Shown here one piece after another: positions 1 through 9,228 of a DNA stretch of 64,000 nt (the first letter of the stretch is position 1; each line of letters starts with the position of its first letter). This DNA comes from Candidatus Falkowbacteria bacterium (GTDB taxonomy: Bacteria > Patescibacteriota > Patescibacteriia > CAIXNZ01): the NCBI GenBank assembly GCA_963774955.1, contig CAVZGV010000003.1:386981-450980 (forward strand), given 5' to 3'. Below the pieces are notes generated by a model. That model had not been told where the DNA came from and made no database searches. It saw only the letters and a list, made by a program, of their open reading frames with translations. Position numbers and translations under genes: made by a program.

Positions 1-311
1 TCGCTGGCGCCTGTAAAGAACTGGCTAATTATGCACTCGGTACCTGTGAAGCAAATAATCTCATGGCCATGATCACGTTGGCTTATGAAAAGCACGGAGT
101 CAGGAATATTATTTTAACCCAGCACGAAGACTGCGGCGCTTATGGCGGTAAAACCGCATTTGCCAGTGATGAAGCGGAATTAGCCAAAACAATAGGGGAT
201 ATGAAAAAGGCTAAAATGGCTTTGATGGAAAAATTCAAGGATATTCATGTGGAAATGTTCAGGATTACGGTGAAAGGTGAGGGGTGGGAGTTTGAGGCGG
301 TTAGTGATTAG
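1..311 (+). CDS. 3' part of a hypothetical protein; ORF is open to the 5' window edge
   Basis: Reading frame continues upstream of the ORF-track ATG at 63 (…AGACKELANYALGTCEANNLMAM…). Contains an HEDCGAYGG motif weakly reminiscent of the beta-carbonic-anhydrase HxxCG signature. Confidence 0.4.
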   Translation, partial: AGACKELANYALGTCEANNLMAMITLAYEKHGVRNIILTQHEDCGAYGGKTAFASDEAELAKTIGDMKKAKMALMEKFKDIHVEMFRITVKGEGWEFEAVSD

Positions 312-428
312 AGTTTTAGGTTTTAAAGTCGCCGATTCAAAATGAGGTCTTTTTTAATTGAAGATTTAATAATTTTGATAATTTAGAATTAAATCGGTTC
401 CTGTTTTTTAAATTTAGGAGGTGGAGAA

Positions 429-1139
429 ATGTTAGATATAGGTGTCTTTATCGTCTTAATGTTGATTGCAGCTTTTTGCCTGTTATGTTCCGTTATGGTA
501 ATTTTTCAAGAAGGCCAGGGCGGAGAATATGACAGAAGTGGTAAAGTCGTTGCCTTTTTGTTTTTCCTGATTATTGGCACAGCCTTGCCGATTTTTCTCG
601 GTTTTTCCAAGTGCGATACGGGCAAAAAGGTGGTCAAATGGAAATTCGGTCAGGAAGCCAAAATTGAAAAAAAGGTTAAGGAACTTAACGATCTCTATTT
701 CACACTTTCTCAAAAACAGAAAGAAATCGTTAATTTGAGAGCTGATTACGGACGTAGCATTAAAGAGCTGGAAAAGGAGATCCGACAGGATAAAAAGAAA
801 TATAAGGTTAGTACGTATGCTCAGGCAAGCCAAAATTCCCGTATCAGCTATGATCTTTCCTTGATTCAGCGCAAACAAGCTTACATAACCAAACTTGATG
901 AAGTGACTGAGCGTTTGCAGTCAGGCACTCTGGAATTGGAATTTTTAAGGCGTCAGTCTGAGGATGATCTAAAAATGATCAAAGTCATGGATCAGGAACA
1001 AATTGATCAGCTGGCCAGCCAGATAAATACGGTGATTGAAAAGTATTTGCCGGAATCAGGCAAATTGGTAATTGAAGTCGATGAAAATTCGCTGGAATCA
1101 CCGGAGAATATCTGGGAAAGGATTAACCTGGGTAAATAA
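429..1139 (+). CDS. membrane-anchored coiled-coil protein carrying the conserved C-terminal module (…KYLPExGxLxIEVDxxSxESPxxIWxRI…)
   Basis: RBS AGGAGGTGGAG upstream of the ATG. N-terminal TM helices, then a K/E-rich coiled coil. The last ~95 aa are paralogous to ORF 2265-2561 and to fragment 1252-1416. Confidence 0.55.
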   Translation: MLDIGVFIVLMLIAAFCLLCSVMVIFQEGQGGEYDRSGKVVAFLFFLIIGTALPIFLGFSKCDTGKKVVKWKFGQEAKIEKKVKELNDLYFTLSQKQKEIVNLRADYGRSIKELEKEIRQDKKKYKVSTYAQASQNSRISYDLSLIQRKQAYITKLDEVTERLQSGTLELEFLRRQSEDDLKMIKVMDQEQIDQLASQINTVIEKYLPESGKLVIEVDENSLESPENIWERINLGK

Positions 1140-1146
1140 TAAGTTA

Positions 1147-1178
1147 AGCCGTCCCGCTAGGTGGGACGGCTTTTATAC
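1147..1178 (+). terminator. rho-independent terminator
   Basis: GCCGTCCCGCTAGGTGGGACGGC hairpin followed by TTTTAT. Confidence 0.7.
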
Positions 1179-1251
1179 TTTTAGAATTGACAGCAGTTAA
1201 ATAATTTGATAATTTTATTGTAATTGGAATAACTGATAGGAGGGATGAAGA

Positions 1252-1416
1252 TGCCAATTTGCAAAAAGATACGAGGTAGAAAAACTTATTGGCGATATTA
1301 ACAAGGTTATTGCCAAGTATCTGCCTGAAGCAGGGGAGTTGGCAGTTGAGGTAGATCCAAAATCAATGCAAACCCCGGAACAGATTTGGCAGCAGATTAC
1401 TTCGGGCAACTGTTAA
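1252..1416 (+). pseudogene. orphan 3' fragment of the C-terminal-module gene family, with no start codon
   Basis: Translates to …YEVEKLIGDINKVIAKYLPEAGELAVEVDPKSMQTPEQIWQQITSGNC*, about 70% identical to the end of ORF 2265-2561. An in-frame TGA lies immediately upstream, so the N-terminal part is missing. Confidence 0.6.
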
Positions 1417-1445
1417 AAAGTCGCTTGGAAGGGCGACTTTTTGGT
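1417..1445 (+). terminator. rho-independent terminator
   Basis: GTCGCTTGGAAGGGCGAC hairpin followed by TTTTT. Confidence 0.6.
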
Positions 1446-1534
1446 CCCTTGACTTGACGTAAAATTACATATAAGTTAAGATTAGGCGAAAATCGTAAAT
1501 TGACAATTAAGCTAATAAGACAGGAGGATATGTC

Positions 1535-2296
1535 ATGACCATATTCATATTAAGTATCGCTGCTGTTGGTTTTCTGGTTTCTTTAATTTTGCTGGTAAGG
1601 CAATTATTACCCAAGGATAAGCCCGCTGATCAGGTGTTTAAGGATCTGGGTAAAAAGGGACAGGATCAATATGCTAAAACATTTAAAAAGGGACAGGAAT
1701 ATGTTGCCAAAACGTCCAAGGCAGTTTTAGTCGCAGAGGCTTTCAGTGACGTCGTGGTGCTGCCAAATTCATTTGGCGGTCGCCTTCGGGGCTTGATTGG
1801 TCAGCTGCGGAATTCAGTGGATTCAGCTGATGCTTTTGTTAAAAACCCTGATATTTTCAAAATGCTGTCCTTGGTCAGTCCTGCGAGTGCTGATGCTTAC
1901 GGTCAAACCAGTGATAATTACACTTTTATTATCACCGAGGATGTTGATGAGCCTTTTCAAGTCAATCAGGAGATTGTTCAGGTGGCTAATAAAATAGTGG
2001 CCGAACAAATTTTCGATGAAGATAAGGCCAGGGCTTTGTTTGACTGGTGCGTCAAAAATATTCCATACGGCACAACCGGCTGGAAAAAACATCAGCGTAG
2101 TATGCGTCATGCTAAAGAGATTTTTGAAGATAAGGAAGGTGTTTGCGCTGAAATGGCTATTCTCTACATTGCCATGGCCAGGGCAGTTGGCTTGGAAGCT
2201 AATTATGCCAGACTTCAGGGCCATGCTTGCGCAGCAGTGAAACTAAACGGCAAATATACAGGCGTTGAGCTTTCAGGTGGCCTTAATTCAGCGTAA
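1535..2296 (+). CDS. membrane-anchored transglutaminase-like cysteine peptidase domain protein
   Basis: RBS CAGGAGGA. N-terminal TM helix. Transglutaminase-core-like pattern …DWCVKNIPYG…GVCAEMAILYIAMARAVGL…GHACAAV (Cys…His). Ends 30 nt inside the next ORF. Confidence 0.55.
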   Translation: MTIFILSIAAVGFLVSLILLVRQLLPKDKPADQVFKDLGKKGQDQYAKTFKKGQEYVAKTSKAVLVAEAFSDVVVLPNSFGGRLRGLIGQLRNSVDSADAFVKNPDIFKMLSLVSPASADAYGQTSDNYTFIITEDVDEPFQVNQEIVQVANKIVAEQIFDEDKARALFDWCVKNIPYGTTGWKKHQRSMRHAKEIFEDKEGVCAEMAILYIAMARAVGLEANYARLQGHACAAVKLNGKYTGVELSGGLNSA

Positions 2297-2561
2297 GGGA
2301 GCCTACATTAGCAAGCTTGAAGAAATATTGCCCAAACTGGATAATGGCGCTAATGAGCTGGAATTTTTACAGCGCCAGACCGAAGATGACATCAAGATGG
2401 AGCGGGTCTTGGGTGACAAGGAAATCGAAAAGCTGGCTAATCAAATCGAGCAGACCATTGCCAAGTATTTGCCTGAAGCGGGTGAACTGGCAATCTCGGT
2501 TGATGAAAGCAAAATGGAGTCACCCCAGCAAATCTGGCAAAGAATTGCCGCAGGAAATTAA
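2265..2561 (+). CDS. third copy of the C-terminal module; possibly a frameshifted 3' extension of 1535-2296
   Basis: TTG start as called by the ORF track. Sequence LIQRKGAYISKLEE…ELEFLQRQTEDDIKM…KYLPEAGELAISVDESKMESPQQIWQRI is paralogous to residues ~140-236 of ORF 429-1139. It overlaps the end of the upstream gene in a different frame. Confidence 0.45.
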   Translation: MSFQVALIQRKGAYISKLEEILPKLDNGANELEFLQRQTEDDIKMERVLGDKEIEKLANQIEQTIAKYLPEAGELAISVDESKMESPQQIWQRIAAGN

Positions 2562-2592
2562 AAGAAAGGAAAAACTTTTCTTAAATCAAATA

Positions 2593-2624
2593 ACGCGTCT
2601 CAGACATTCTGGGACGCGTTTTGC
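2593..2624 (+). terminator. rho-independent terminator
   Basis: ACGCGTCTCAGACATTCTGGGACGCGT hairpin followed by TTTT. Confidence 0.7.
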
Positions 2625-2630
2625 TTGGTC

Positions 2631-2659
2631 TTGACAGTAATTATTTGTTAGTGTAATGT
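2631..2659 (+). promoter_or_regulatory. sigma70-like promoter
   Basis: TTGACA, 17-nt spacer, TAATGT, about 35 nt before the 2696 start. Confidence 0.5.
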
Positions 2660-2695
2660 GAAATGAGCATTAAAATTTTATATGGAGGTAAGTAA

Positions 2696-3007
2696 ATGTC
2701 AGTAGTCTCAGTTGCAAAAGATACCGAGGTTGAGGTAATGACTGGTAAGACAATAATTCAGTTTTGGATTTGTCAGCCGGTCGATCAATTCAGGCAAGGA
2801 CAGCACGTCTATGAAATTAGCGGCAAGAAGTACGTGGTCATTGCCTATTGCAGCGAAAAAAGAATTGCGTTTGGTATGTGCAGTCAGGATCGGATAGTCG
2901 CTAAAATGGAAGTTCATGATTACCATGAAGCTGACAGGTTGGCTCATAAGAAAAATTGGACTTTTTCTGCCTGGATATTACCTTACAAATCCAAGCGCCT
3001 CCGCTGA
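2696..3007 (+). CDS. hypothetical protein
   Basis: RBS GGAGGTAAG. 103 aa, no recognisable motif. Hairpin AAGCGCCTCCGCTGAGGCGCTTTTT overlaps the stop. Confidence 0.5.
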   Translation: MSVVSVAKDTEVEVMTGKTIIQFWICQPVDQFRQGQHVYEISGKKYVVIAYCSEKRIAFGMCSQDRIVAKMEVHDYHEADRLAHKKNWTFSAWILPYKSKRLR

Positions 3008-3036
3008 GGCGCTTTTTATTTAAATCAGTATGGTCC

Positions 3037-3065
3037 TTGACAAAATAACGCAAAGATGTTATTAT
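3037..3065 (+). promoter_or_regulatory. sigma70-like promoter
   Basis: TTGACA, 17-nt spacer, TATTAT. Confidence 0.5.
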
Positions 3066-3195
3066 TAAGAATTAATGAGAGTCTGAAATGTAGTAGGGCT
3101 CTGTTAGAAACAGCTGATTTGAGAAGTTCCGCTTCTCGTCTGGTCCGCCAGAGATCAGCCAAATGTGTATTTCCGAATACAATGAAAAGGAGGCA

Positions 3196-3690
3196 ATGGA
3201 AATGGAATGGTTGAAAATGAATTGGAATTTGTTGGTTGTAGTCATCTTGGGATTGCCGATTCTCCTGGTTTATTCCTCGACACTTCTTAACAAGTTGTAC
3301 AGAGCAAAAAAGGAAAGGCAGTTAAATTTGTGGGAGCAAATTGCTGATTTCGAAGAAGGCCTGGAAAAGGCTTCCAAACAAAATCTCAAAGATGCAACCC
3401 AAACACTTTCTGAACTCGGTTTTTCCATCGGCTATAAAGTGTATAGCCTTCCCGAATTTTTATGGCAGGTAAATCCACATACAATCGCCAAAGCTTTGGT
3501 TACCTACGCTAAAGCATGTGACAAAATCGTCGGGGATGGTACCCTTAATCCTGAAACATATGCCGCAATTGCTAAGGAACTCAGCAAATTGGCAAAGAAA
3601 AAACCTCGGCTGGCTATGATGATTATTTCATTGATGTGTAGGGCTGGAATGCTCCCATGGGGCGGTTATCATTTAGCTTGTTCATTGTGA
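3196..3690 (+). CDS. hypothetical membrane protein
   Basis: RBS AAGGAGG precedes ATG 3196 (MEMEWLKMNWNLLVVVILGLPILLV…). One N-terminal TM helix. The ORF-track start at 3163 is probably too far upstream. Confidence 0.5.
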   Translation: MEMEWLKMNWNLLVVVILGLPILLVYSSTLLNKLYRAKKERQLNLWEQIADFEEGLEKASKQNLKDATQTLSELGFSIGYKVYSLPEFLWQVNPHTIAKALVTYAKACDKIVGDGTLNPETYAAIAKELSKLAKKKPRLAMMIISLMCRAGMLPWGGYHLACSL

Positions 3691-3779
3691 CAAAATTTTC
3701 ATAGTTATTTAATAAAAGCGCATCCGCAGGGAAGCGCTTTTCATTTTACAATTAATTGAATTTAAGATAAAATTTAAAT

Positions 3780-4784
3780 ATGAATATTACAAAATTACCA
3801 ACAATTTTAAAGCAGGAGCCTGCTTTTCGGCTGAAACAGGCTAAAGAGGCAATATATAAGCAACTAATTACTGATTGGTCGCAGGCTTTGAATTTTCCGA
3901 AAGAATTACGGGATAAATTAAATAAGAAGTGCTCTTTGGACATTGACGCACAGGTGCTGGAGTCCAACGATAAAAAATCAGTCAAAGCCGCTATAACTTT
4001 GACTGACGGAATGAAAATTGAAACAGTCTTATTGCGCCATGGTTATAGAAATACGGTTTGCCTGTCTTCACAGGTTGGCTGTCCCTTAGGTTGTTTATTT
4101 TGTGCCACTGGTCAGGCCGGGTTTAAGCGTAATTTAGAAATAGAGGAAATTATTGAGCAGGTTTTATTTTTTAACCGTTATTTAAAGCTCAGAGGTGAAA
4201 AGGTTGATAATTTAGTTTTTATGGGCATGGGTGAACCGTTTTTAAATTATGATAATGTTATGGGGGCAATTAAGCAATTAAATTCAGAGGAGACATTTAA
4301 TATCGGTGCCCGTCATATCTCCATTTCCACCATCGGTATTATTCCGGGTATACTAAAATTGGCGGCTGAAAAACTGCAAATAAATCTGGCTATTTCTTTG
4401 CATGCAGCTGATGATCAAGTCAGGTCAAGAATAATCCCAATTAACGATAGATATAAAATTACAAATTTAATTGATGCAGCCGGTGATTACCTGAAAAAGA
4501 CTAAAAGACAGCTGATGTTTGAGTATATTATGCTTGAACACTATAATGATTCAAAACTTCAGGCCGCGGAATTAGCAGATCTGCTTAAGCATTTGCCCAA
4601 ACATCTGTATATGGTTAATCTCATCCAATATAATACCACTAAGGGTTTCAGACCATCAGCAACCATGGCCATTAAAAAATTTCAGCAGGTTCTAGTACAA
4701 AACGGCATTAAAACCACGGTTCGCCTGCGTTTAGGCAGGGAAGTTAAAGGTGCCTGCGGGCAGTTGGTGGGTAATGTTGAATAA
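3780..4784 (+). CDS. rlmN: 23S rRNA (adenine2503-C2)-methyltransferase RlmN, radical SAM
   Basis: CPLGCLFCATG radical-SAM CxxxCxxC motif in the RlmN/Cfr family context (…FRLKQAKEAIYK…, MGMGEP, second conserved Cys region). Confidence 0.85.
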   Translation: MNITKLPTILKQEPAFRLKQAKEAIYKQLITDWSQALNFPKELRDKLNKKCSLDIDAQVLESNDKKSVKAAITLTDGMKIETVLLRHGYRNTVCLSSQVGCPLGCLFCATGQAGFKRNLEIEEIIEQVLFFNRYLKLRGEKVDNLVFMGMGEPFLNYDNVMGAIKQLNSEETFNIGARHISISTIGIIPGILKLAAEKLQINLAISLHAADDQVRSRIIPINDRYKITNLIDAAGDYLKKTKRQLMFEYIMLEHYNDSKLQAAELADLLKHLPKHLYMVNLIQYNTTKGFRPSATMAIKKFQQVLVQNGIKTTVRLRLGREVKGACGQLVGNVE

Positions 4785-4859
4785 TGATATAATTTGTTTA
4801 ATGATTGGCTTAGAGTTCTAAGTCCACAGCCCTAAGTTCAATGCAAATAATTTATACTA

Positions 4860-5915
4860 ATGCTCTATAAAGAAAAATACAAACCTCTTAAATTTCCCCG
4901 CGACGAGCAAAAGCATGACCACATTATTGAATGGTGGTATTTTAACGGTAATTTAAAAAGTGAAGACGGCCGTTTGTTTTCCTATATGAACACTTTGTTT
5001 GCGACTAAGCCGAATCTGGTAAAAATTCCGTTTTTGAAAAATATTCCCTTAAAAACTTTGTTTTTCTCCCATTATTTATTAAGTGATAATAATAAACATA
5101 AATTCTGGGAAAAGGTTAACCCTCTATGTTTTTTGGATGCCAATAGTTTTACCAAACCGCTTTTATGGGCTGAATATGATAATTCCTGCTTGATTGAAGA
5201 ATACAAATTGTTTAATTTCCATATTACCAATGATTTTGTGGATCTAAATTTAAAAGCTATAAAAAAGCCTTTACTAATTAATAACAAGGGATTTATTGAC
5301 CTGGGTGTAAAAACAACTTATTATTATTCGTTGCCTCGTTTGCAGACCAGCGGTTTGATTAGGATTAATGATGAGTGGTTGTCAGTTAAAGGCTTAAGTT
5401 GGATGGACCATCAGTGGGCGCAGACTCCAATGACCAAGGATGACAAATGGACCTGGTTTTCTCTGCAATTAAATAATGGCTGGGATATAATGGCGGTAAT
5501 TTACGGTGATCAGGCTAAACTAGCCCATGCCAGCCTTATGGATAAGGGCAATAGGATCAAAACAACAAATAATGTTTTTTTAAAAAATTTACCGATTAAA
5601 TATGCCAGTAAAGAAACCGGCGCCGAATATCAGCTGGGCTATGAAATTTTCTTGCCTGACTGGAATCTCAAAGTTACAGCCAAACCCTATAATAAAGCTC
5701 AGGAAATGGTTTTCGGCACTATAAATTATTGGGAAGGCGGTCTGAAAATCGAAGGTAAAATAGGTGAAAAAAATATCAGCGGCCAGGGATTTTTGGAACT
5801 GGTCGGCAGCCCCATGAAAAAGAGCCTGATGCGGGTATATTTGAATAAATTTGAAAAAAACGGGTTTAAGGGCTGGAAAGCTGAGGTGCTTGACAAAATT
5901 AAAATATATAGGTAA
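4860..5915 (+). CDS. CrtC/AttH-like (hydroxyneurosporene-synthase-type lipocalin fold) protein
   Basis: N-terminal FPRDEQKHDHIIEWWYFNGNL motif is characteristic of the CrtC/AttH family. Assignment rests on this motif only. Confidence 0.45.
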   Translation: MLYKEKYKPLKFPRDEQKHDHIIEWWYFNGNLKSEDGRLFSYMNTLFATKPNLVKIPFLKNIPLKTLFFSHYLLSDNNKHKFWEKVNPLCFLDANSFTKPLLWAEYDNSCLIEEYKLFNFHITNDFVDLNLKAIKKPLLINNKGFIDLGVKTTYYYSLPRLQTSGLIRINDEWLSVKGLSWMDHQWAQTPMTKDDKWTWFSLQLNNGWDIMAVIYGDQAKLAHASLMDKGNRIKTTNNVFLKNLPIKYASKETGAEYQLGYEIFLPDWNLKVTAKPYNKAQEMVFGTINYWEGGLKIEGKIGEKNISGQGFLELVGSPMKKSLMRVYLNKFEKNGFKGWKAEVLDKIKIYR

Positions 5916-5944
5916 GTTAAGTTATTAAAGATTTATCGACTCAT

Positions 5945-7813
5945 ATGGCTATTAACCGCATAAAACTGAATAGCCAGTCACTTAAAAAGGAATTCGCTAA
6001 GGATTACCAGGATTTTTTTTCCAGATCAATGATTATCACCTCGGCTCCGGGGACCATAACCTGGGCTGGTGATTATGCGGTCATGGAGGGCGGATTTGCC
6101 ATTCTGCAAAAAATTCCCCTGAGAGTCTATATCGGTTTGGAACTTAATACTAATGACAAAACTGAAATCGGAGACTTTAAGTATTTTTCAAAGTCCAAGG
6201 GACAGTTTAAAAATTGCGAATTGGAACTGCCGGTAAAAAATAACCTGGTAAGATTTGTCGACCATTACCTGGAAGATGTGGAAAAGGATATTCATCTGAA
6301 AATAAATATTTTAAGTGAAGTATCTCCAGGCAGGGGACTTAATCTCTCGGGTGCCTTATCAGCCAGTTTAGCTTTGGCTTTGGAATTGTATTTCAAAAAA
6401 ATAAAAATCAAGGAGATGGAAAAATGGAAACAGACTGACTTGACCACTTTAACCAGAAAAATCGACCTTAAATTCGATCAGGTCTTTCGTTTGTCATGGA
6501 AGATGAACGCTATCTTTCACGGTAATGTCTCTTCGGGCGGTTCTTCATTTGCCCCATTTATTTATACGCCTTTTCCGGTGGTCTATTTTTCCGAAAAAAG
6601 AGCAGAAATAAACGATAAGGAGAATTTTTCTAATATTAGATTCCCCAAGTATTTGGACGGAGATTGGCGGGGGTATGAGCAGATATTTTATGGGGCCATT
6701 AAGTTTGAAGAATTATTTAATTATAAATCATTACCCAATTGGCCGATTGATTTCGGGGCAATATATTCCGGGGATGAAAGAATGACGGCGACAACACATG
6801 GAACGATCGGCGAAATCAGAGATATCCTGAAGACAACAACTGATTTGGTTAAGGAAGATTTCGCGCCTTATATGGCGAATTTGCCGGTAACTCCCTATTT
6901 TTATAAATTAGCGACCAAACACGGCTGGCGCGGACTGTGGAATATTTACGTGGATCCGACTATTGTTTCCAGTATGGAAGTCTTAAATGCTTTTCGTGAT
7001 TTATTTGAAAAAGGTTTGGCCGATAAATCAATTAAAAATCTTTTTGCCGCTTTGAACAGAATGTCTGCAATTTATCAGGTTTTGGAATTATCTTCGCCGT
7101 TATTCCAATATATTCAGAAATATCTTAATGATGATATGATAAGGTTGGGAGACCCTCACGGCGCGGCTACCAAGCCGTTGGGGTGCGGTAAAAAGGGGGA
7201 TTTGTTATTTGTTTTGCCTTATCATGGACTCCGCGATCAGATTGATAGGGTCATTAACGAGATGATTGAAGAAACCAAGGAACATATGTATCTGGATTAT
7301 GCTTCATGGTATGACGGTATTGAAGAGGAAGGGGCTAAACTCGAGCAATTTCTGGAAGGCAAAATATATTCTGAGTTTATTTCACGTGGGGCTGTTTTGA
7401 TCAAACATTTAAATTATAAAGGATTTATTCATAAAGATTTGTATACTCAGGAGGAGTTTCATAAAATGATACCCGACGCGGATTTACTGATGGATGAAAT
7501 CGACGGTAAAATTTATATTAAAGGTACACAACTGACATCTAAAGAATTGCATTCCGCAACGGCTACTATAAGTATTCTTAAGGAGCTAATTAATAAGCCG
7601 GGTGAAGCCGTGGCCAATGCTACTTTACCAATCAGTAGTTATACTCAGGACAGAAATGAACTGCAAAGCAAGATTATTACGCCCCTATGCAAAATTATCC
7701 AAAAGAATACTGGCCGTAAACTGTCATTTAAAATTAACGGCGGTATCACTAATTTCACCGTTAAATTGGGTAGCACAGGTGTGGATATCCTTTTGGTAAA
7801 AAGAATTTTTTAA
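5945..7813 (+). CDS. GHMP-kinase-family-like protein, unusually long (622 aa)
   Basis: N-terminal SAPGTITWAGDYAVMEGG resembles the GHMP APG…GEH motif. SPGRGLNLSGALSASLALAL resembles the PxGSGLGSSAA phosphate-binding loop. The C-terminal ~300 aa are unassigned. Confidence 0.45.
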   Translation: MAINRIKLNSQSLKKEFAKDYQDFFSRSMIITSAPGTITWAGDYAVMEGGFAILQKIPLRVYIGLELNTNDKTEIGDFKYFSKSKGQFKNCELELPVKNNLVRFVDHYLEDVEKDIHLKINILSEVSPGRGLNLSGALSASLALALELYFKKIKIKEMEKWKQTDLTTLTRKIDLKFDQVFRLSWKMNAIFHGNVSSGGSSFAPFIYTPFPVVYFSEKRAEINDKENFSNIRFPKYLDGDWRGYEQIFYGAIKFEELFNYKSLPNWPIDFGAIYSGDERMTATTHGTIGEIRDILKTTTDLVKEDFAPYMANLPVTPYFYKLATKHGWRGLWNIYVDPTIVSSMEVLNAFRDLFEKGLADKSIKNLFAALNRMSAIYQVLELSSPLFQYIQKYLNDDMIRLGDPHGAATKPLGCGKKGDLLFVLPYHGLRDQIDRVINEMIEETKEHMYLDYASWYDGIEEEGAKLEQFLEGKIYSEFISRGAVLIKHLNYKGFIHKDLYTQEEFHKMIPDADLLMDEIDGKIYIKGTQLTSKELHSATATISILKELINKPGEAVANATLPISSYTQDRNELQSKIITPLCKIIQKNTGRKLSFKINGGITNFTVKLGSTGVDILLVKRIF

Positions 7814-7840
7814 ACGTAAAATATAATAAGTTTTTGAAAA

Positions 7841-7866
7841 AACCGGGTTTTGTCCCGGTTTTTTCT
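7841..7866 (+). terminator. rho-independent terminator
   Basis: AACCGGGTTTTGTCCCGGTTTTTT. Confidence 0.65.
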
Positions 7867-8169
7867 TTTTGTGTCCTTAGACTGTATGGCTCCTGATGAT
7901 TTATGATCAAGGCAGAGAATCAAAAATAGATCTTTACAACCAAATATATTAAGAAGTTTGCAATCAGCCAGTTTAACCTTAAATTACTTTTTATCGGTCT
8001 ACTTATTATCATTTTCTTTGTTTTGATTTTAAAGGTCAATATTATATCGACCTATATGAACATACATAAATAAAATCAACAAAGGATATAAATAGATTGA
8101 TAACAATTAAGATAAACCGGCTGTTTCCAGATTTTTTGCTGATAAACAATGTAACAAGGAGGTCTTGTC

Positions 8170-8484
8170 ATGGCAACGGAAATTGTTATTTTATCGGTTC
8201 ATACTGAAGGCAATGACAGCTGGGAAACTCCCCATGCTCACTGTCCCAAACATGGGTCAAAAATTTATGCCCATGACGGAAGGGTTAACAAGATTACCTG
8301 CGATTTTTGCGGGTCTATCATTGTTTATGGGGGTTGCAGCAAATGTACCGGGAGTGTAAATCATCCTTTCTGTGACGAGTGCGGCCGAGATTTTTGCCCC
8401 AATTGTGCCGGCAGATCCAGGTTGGGCGGTTATAGCCCCGGTGGCGGTTTGTGTGCCAGTTTTTTGTGCAAGAAGTGCGGTTAG
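8170..8484 (+). CDS. small Cys-rich (multi-CxxC zinc-ribbon-like) protein
   Basis: RBS AAGGAGG. 104 aa with seven or more CxxC/CxxxC pairs (CPKHG…CDFCG…CSKCTG…CDECG…CPNCAG…CKKCG). Confidence 0.55.
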   Translation: MATEIVILSVHTEGNDSWETPHAHCPKHGSKIYAHDGRVNKITCDFCGSIIVYGGCSKCTGSVNHPFCDECGRDFCPNCAGRSRLGGYSPGGGLCASFLCKKCG

Positions 8485-8587
8485 AACTTATTGACTGAAA
8501 AAAAGGGGGTGGTAAAAACAAGTTAGTGTAAATTAGGCGGGTAATGCTTTTCTCCGAATAATCAAACTCAAAACAGGGAGGGGCAAA

Positions 8588-8797
8588 ATGCCTTGTATCA
8601 ATTGTCCTATGCTCGGCGGATCGAGTGGGGCGGATCTTTTCAACCGTGAAATGGATCGGCTGAGAGACCCGCTCAATTTTTCAGGATTGATGAATCGTAT
8701 TAACGATCCTACAGGGTTGCAACGTACAGGAAGTCTTTTTCGTTATCAACCTTCGACTGCGCTCTTGCGTGCATGGGAAGATGCGAAGAAGCCTTAA
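8588..8797 (+). CDS. hypothetical small protein
   Basis: RBS GGGAGGGG. 69 aa. Sits in a locally GC-richer patch. Confidence 0.35.
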   Translation: MPCINCPMLGGSSGADLFNREMDRLRDPLNFSGLMNRINDPTGLQRTGSLFRYQPSTALLRAWEDAKKP

Positions 8798-8860
8798 AGA
8801 CGCGTCGGTCCTTAACCAAACAACTTAACATCAAACAAAAAACAAAAAGGAGACTTCAAA

Positions 8861-9054
8861 TGAGCGGCATCGCACCCATCAACCCCGGCCAGACGTTCAA
8901 TATTTTCGAAAACGATCATCTCACGCAGATCCAGCATCATGAAACTTACGTGGATGTGGTCGACCATTTCGATCATGGCGATCTGGAGGTCGATTGCCAT
9001 CTGGTCCACAAGATTGACCGTCTCGGCAACATCGACCTCGACATCTTGCCGTAA
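8861..9054 (+). CDS. hypothetical small acidic His/Asp-rich protein
   Basis: RBS AAAGGAGA precedes ATG 8861. Preferred over the overlapping minus-strand ORF 8812-9117, which lacks an RBS. Confidence 0.35.
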
Positions 9055-9228
9055 GGCAAAACCAAAATCAGGGTTTTCAAAAAAACTCGTTGAATCAAAA
9101 AAATTCCGCGAGACCATGGATCCACAGGATCCATAAAGGGGTTGCTTAAAAAACAGCCCCTTTTCTATAAAATTTGCCTTATTAATATATTTATGTTAAA
9201 TTTCAGCATCAATCTCAAGGAGGCTAAA

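Noticed and set aside
483-878. Minus-strand ORF (131 aa) inside gene 429-1139
   Set aside because: Entirely embedded antisense in a + gene whose RBS, paralogy and terminator are well supported. No RBS; low-complexity translation.
1215-1409. Minus-strand 64-aa ORF
   Set aside because: It is the reverse complement of the clearly homologous + strand C-terminal-module fragment (1252-1416).
8812-9117. Minus-strand 101-aa ORF
   Set aside because: Overlaps + ORF 8861-9054, which has a strong RBS. Neither is certain, but the + ORF fits the local + strand operon.
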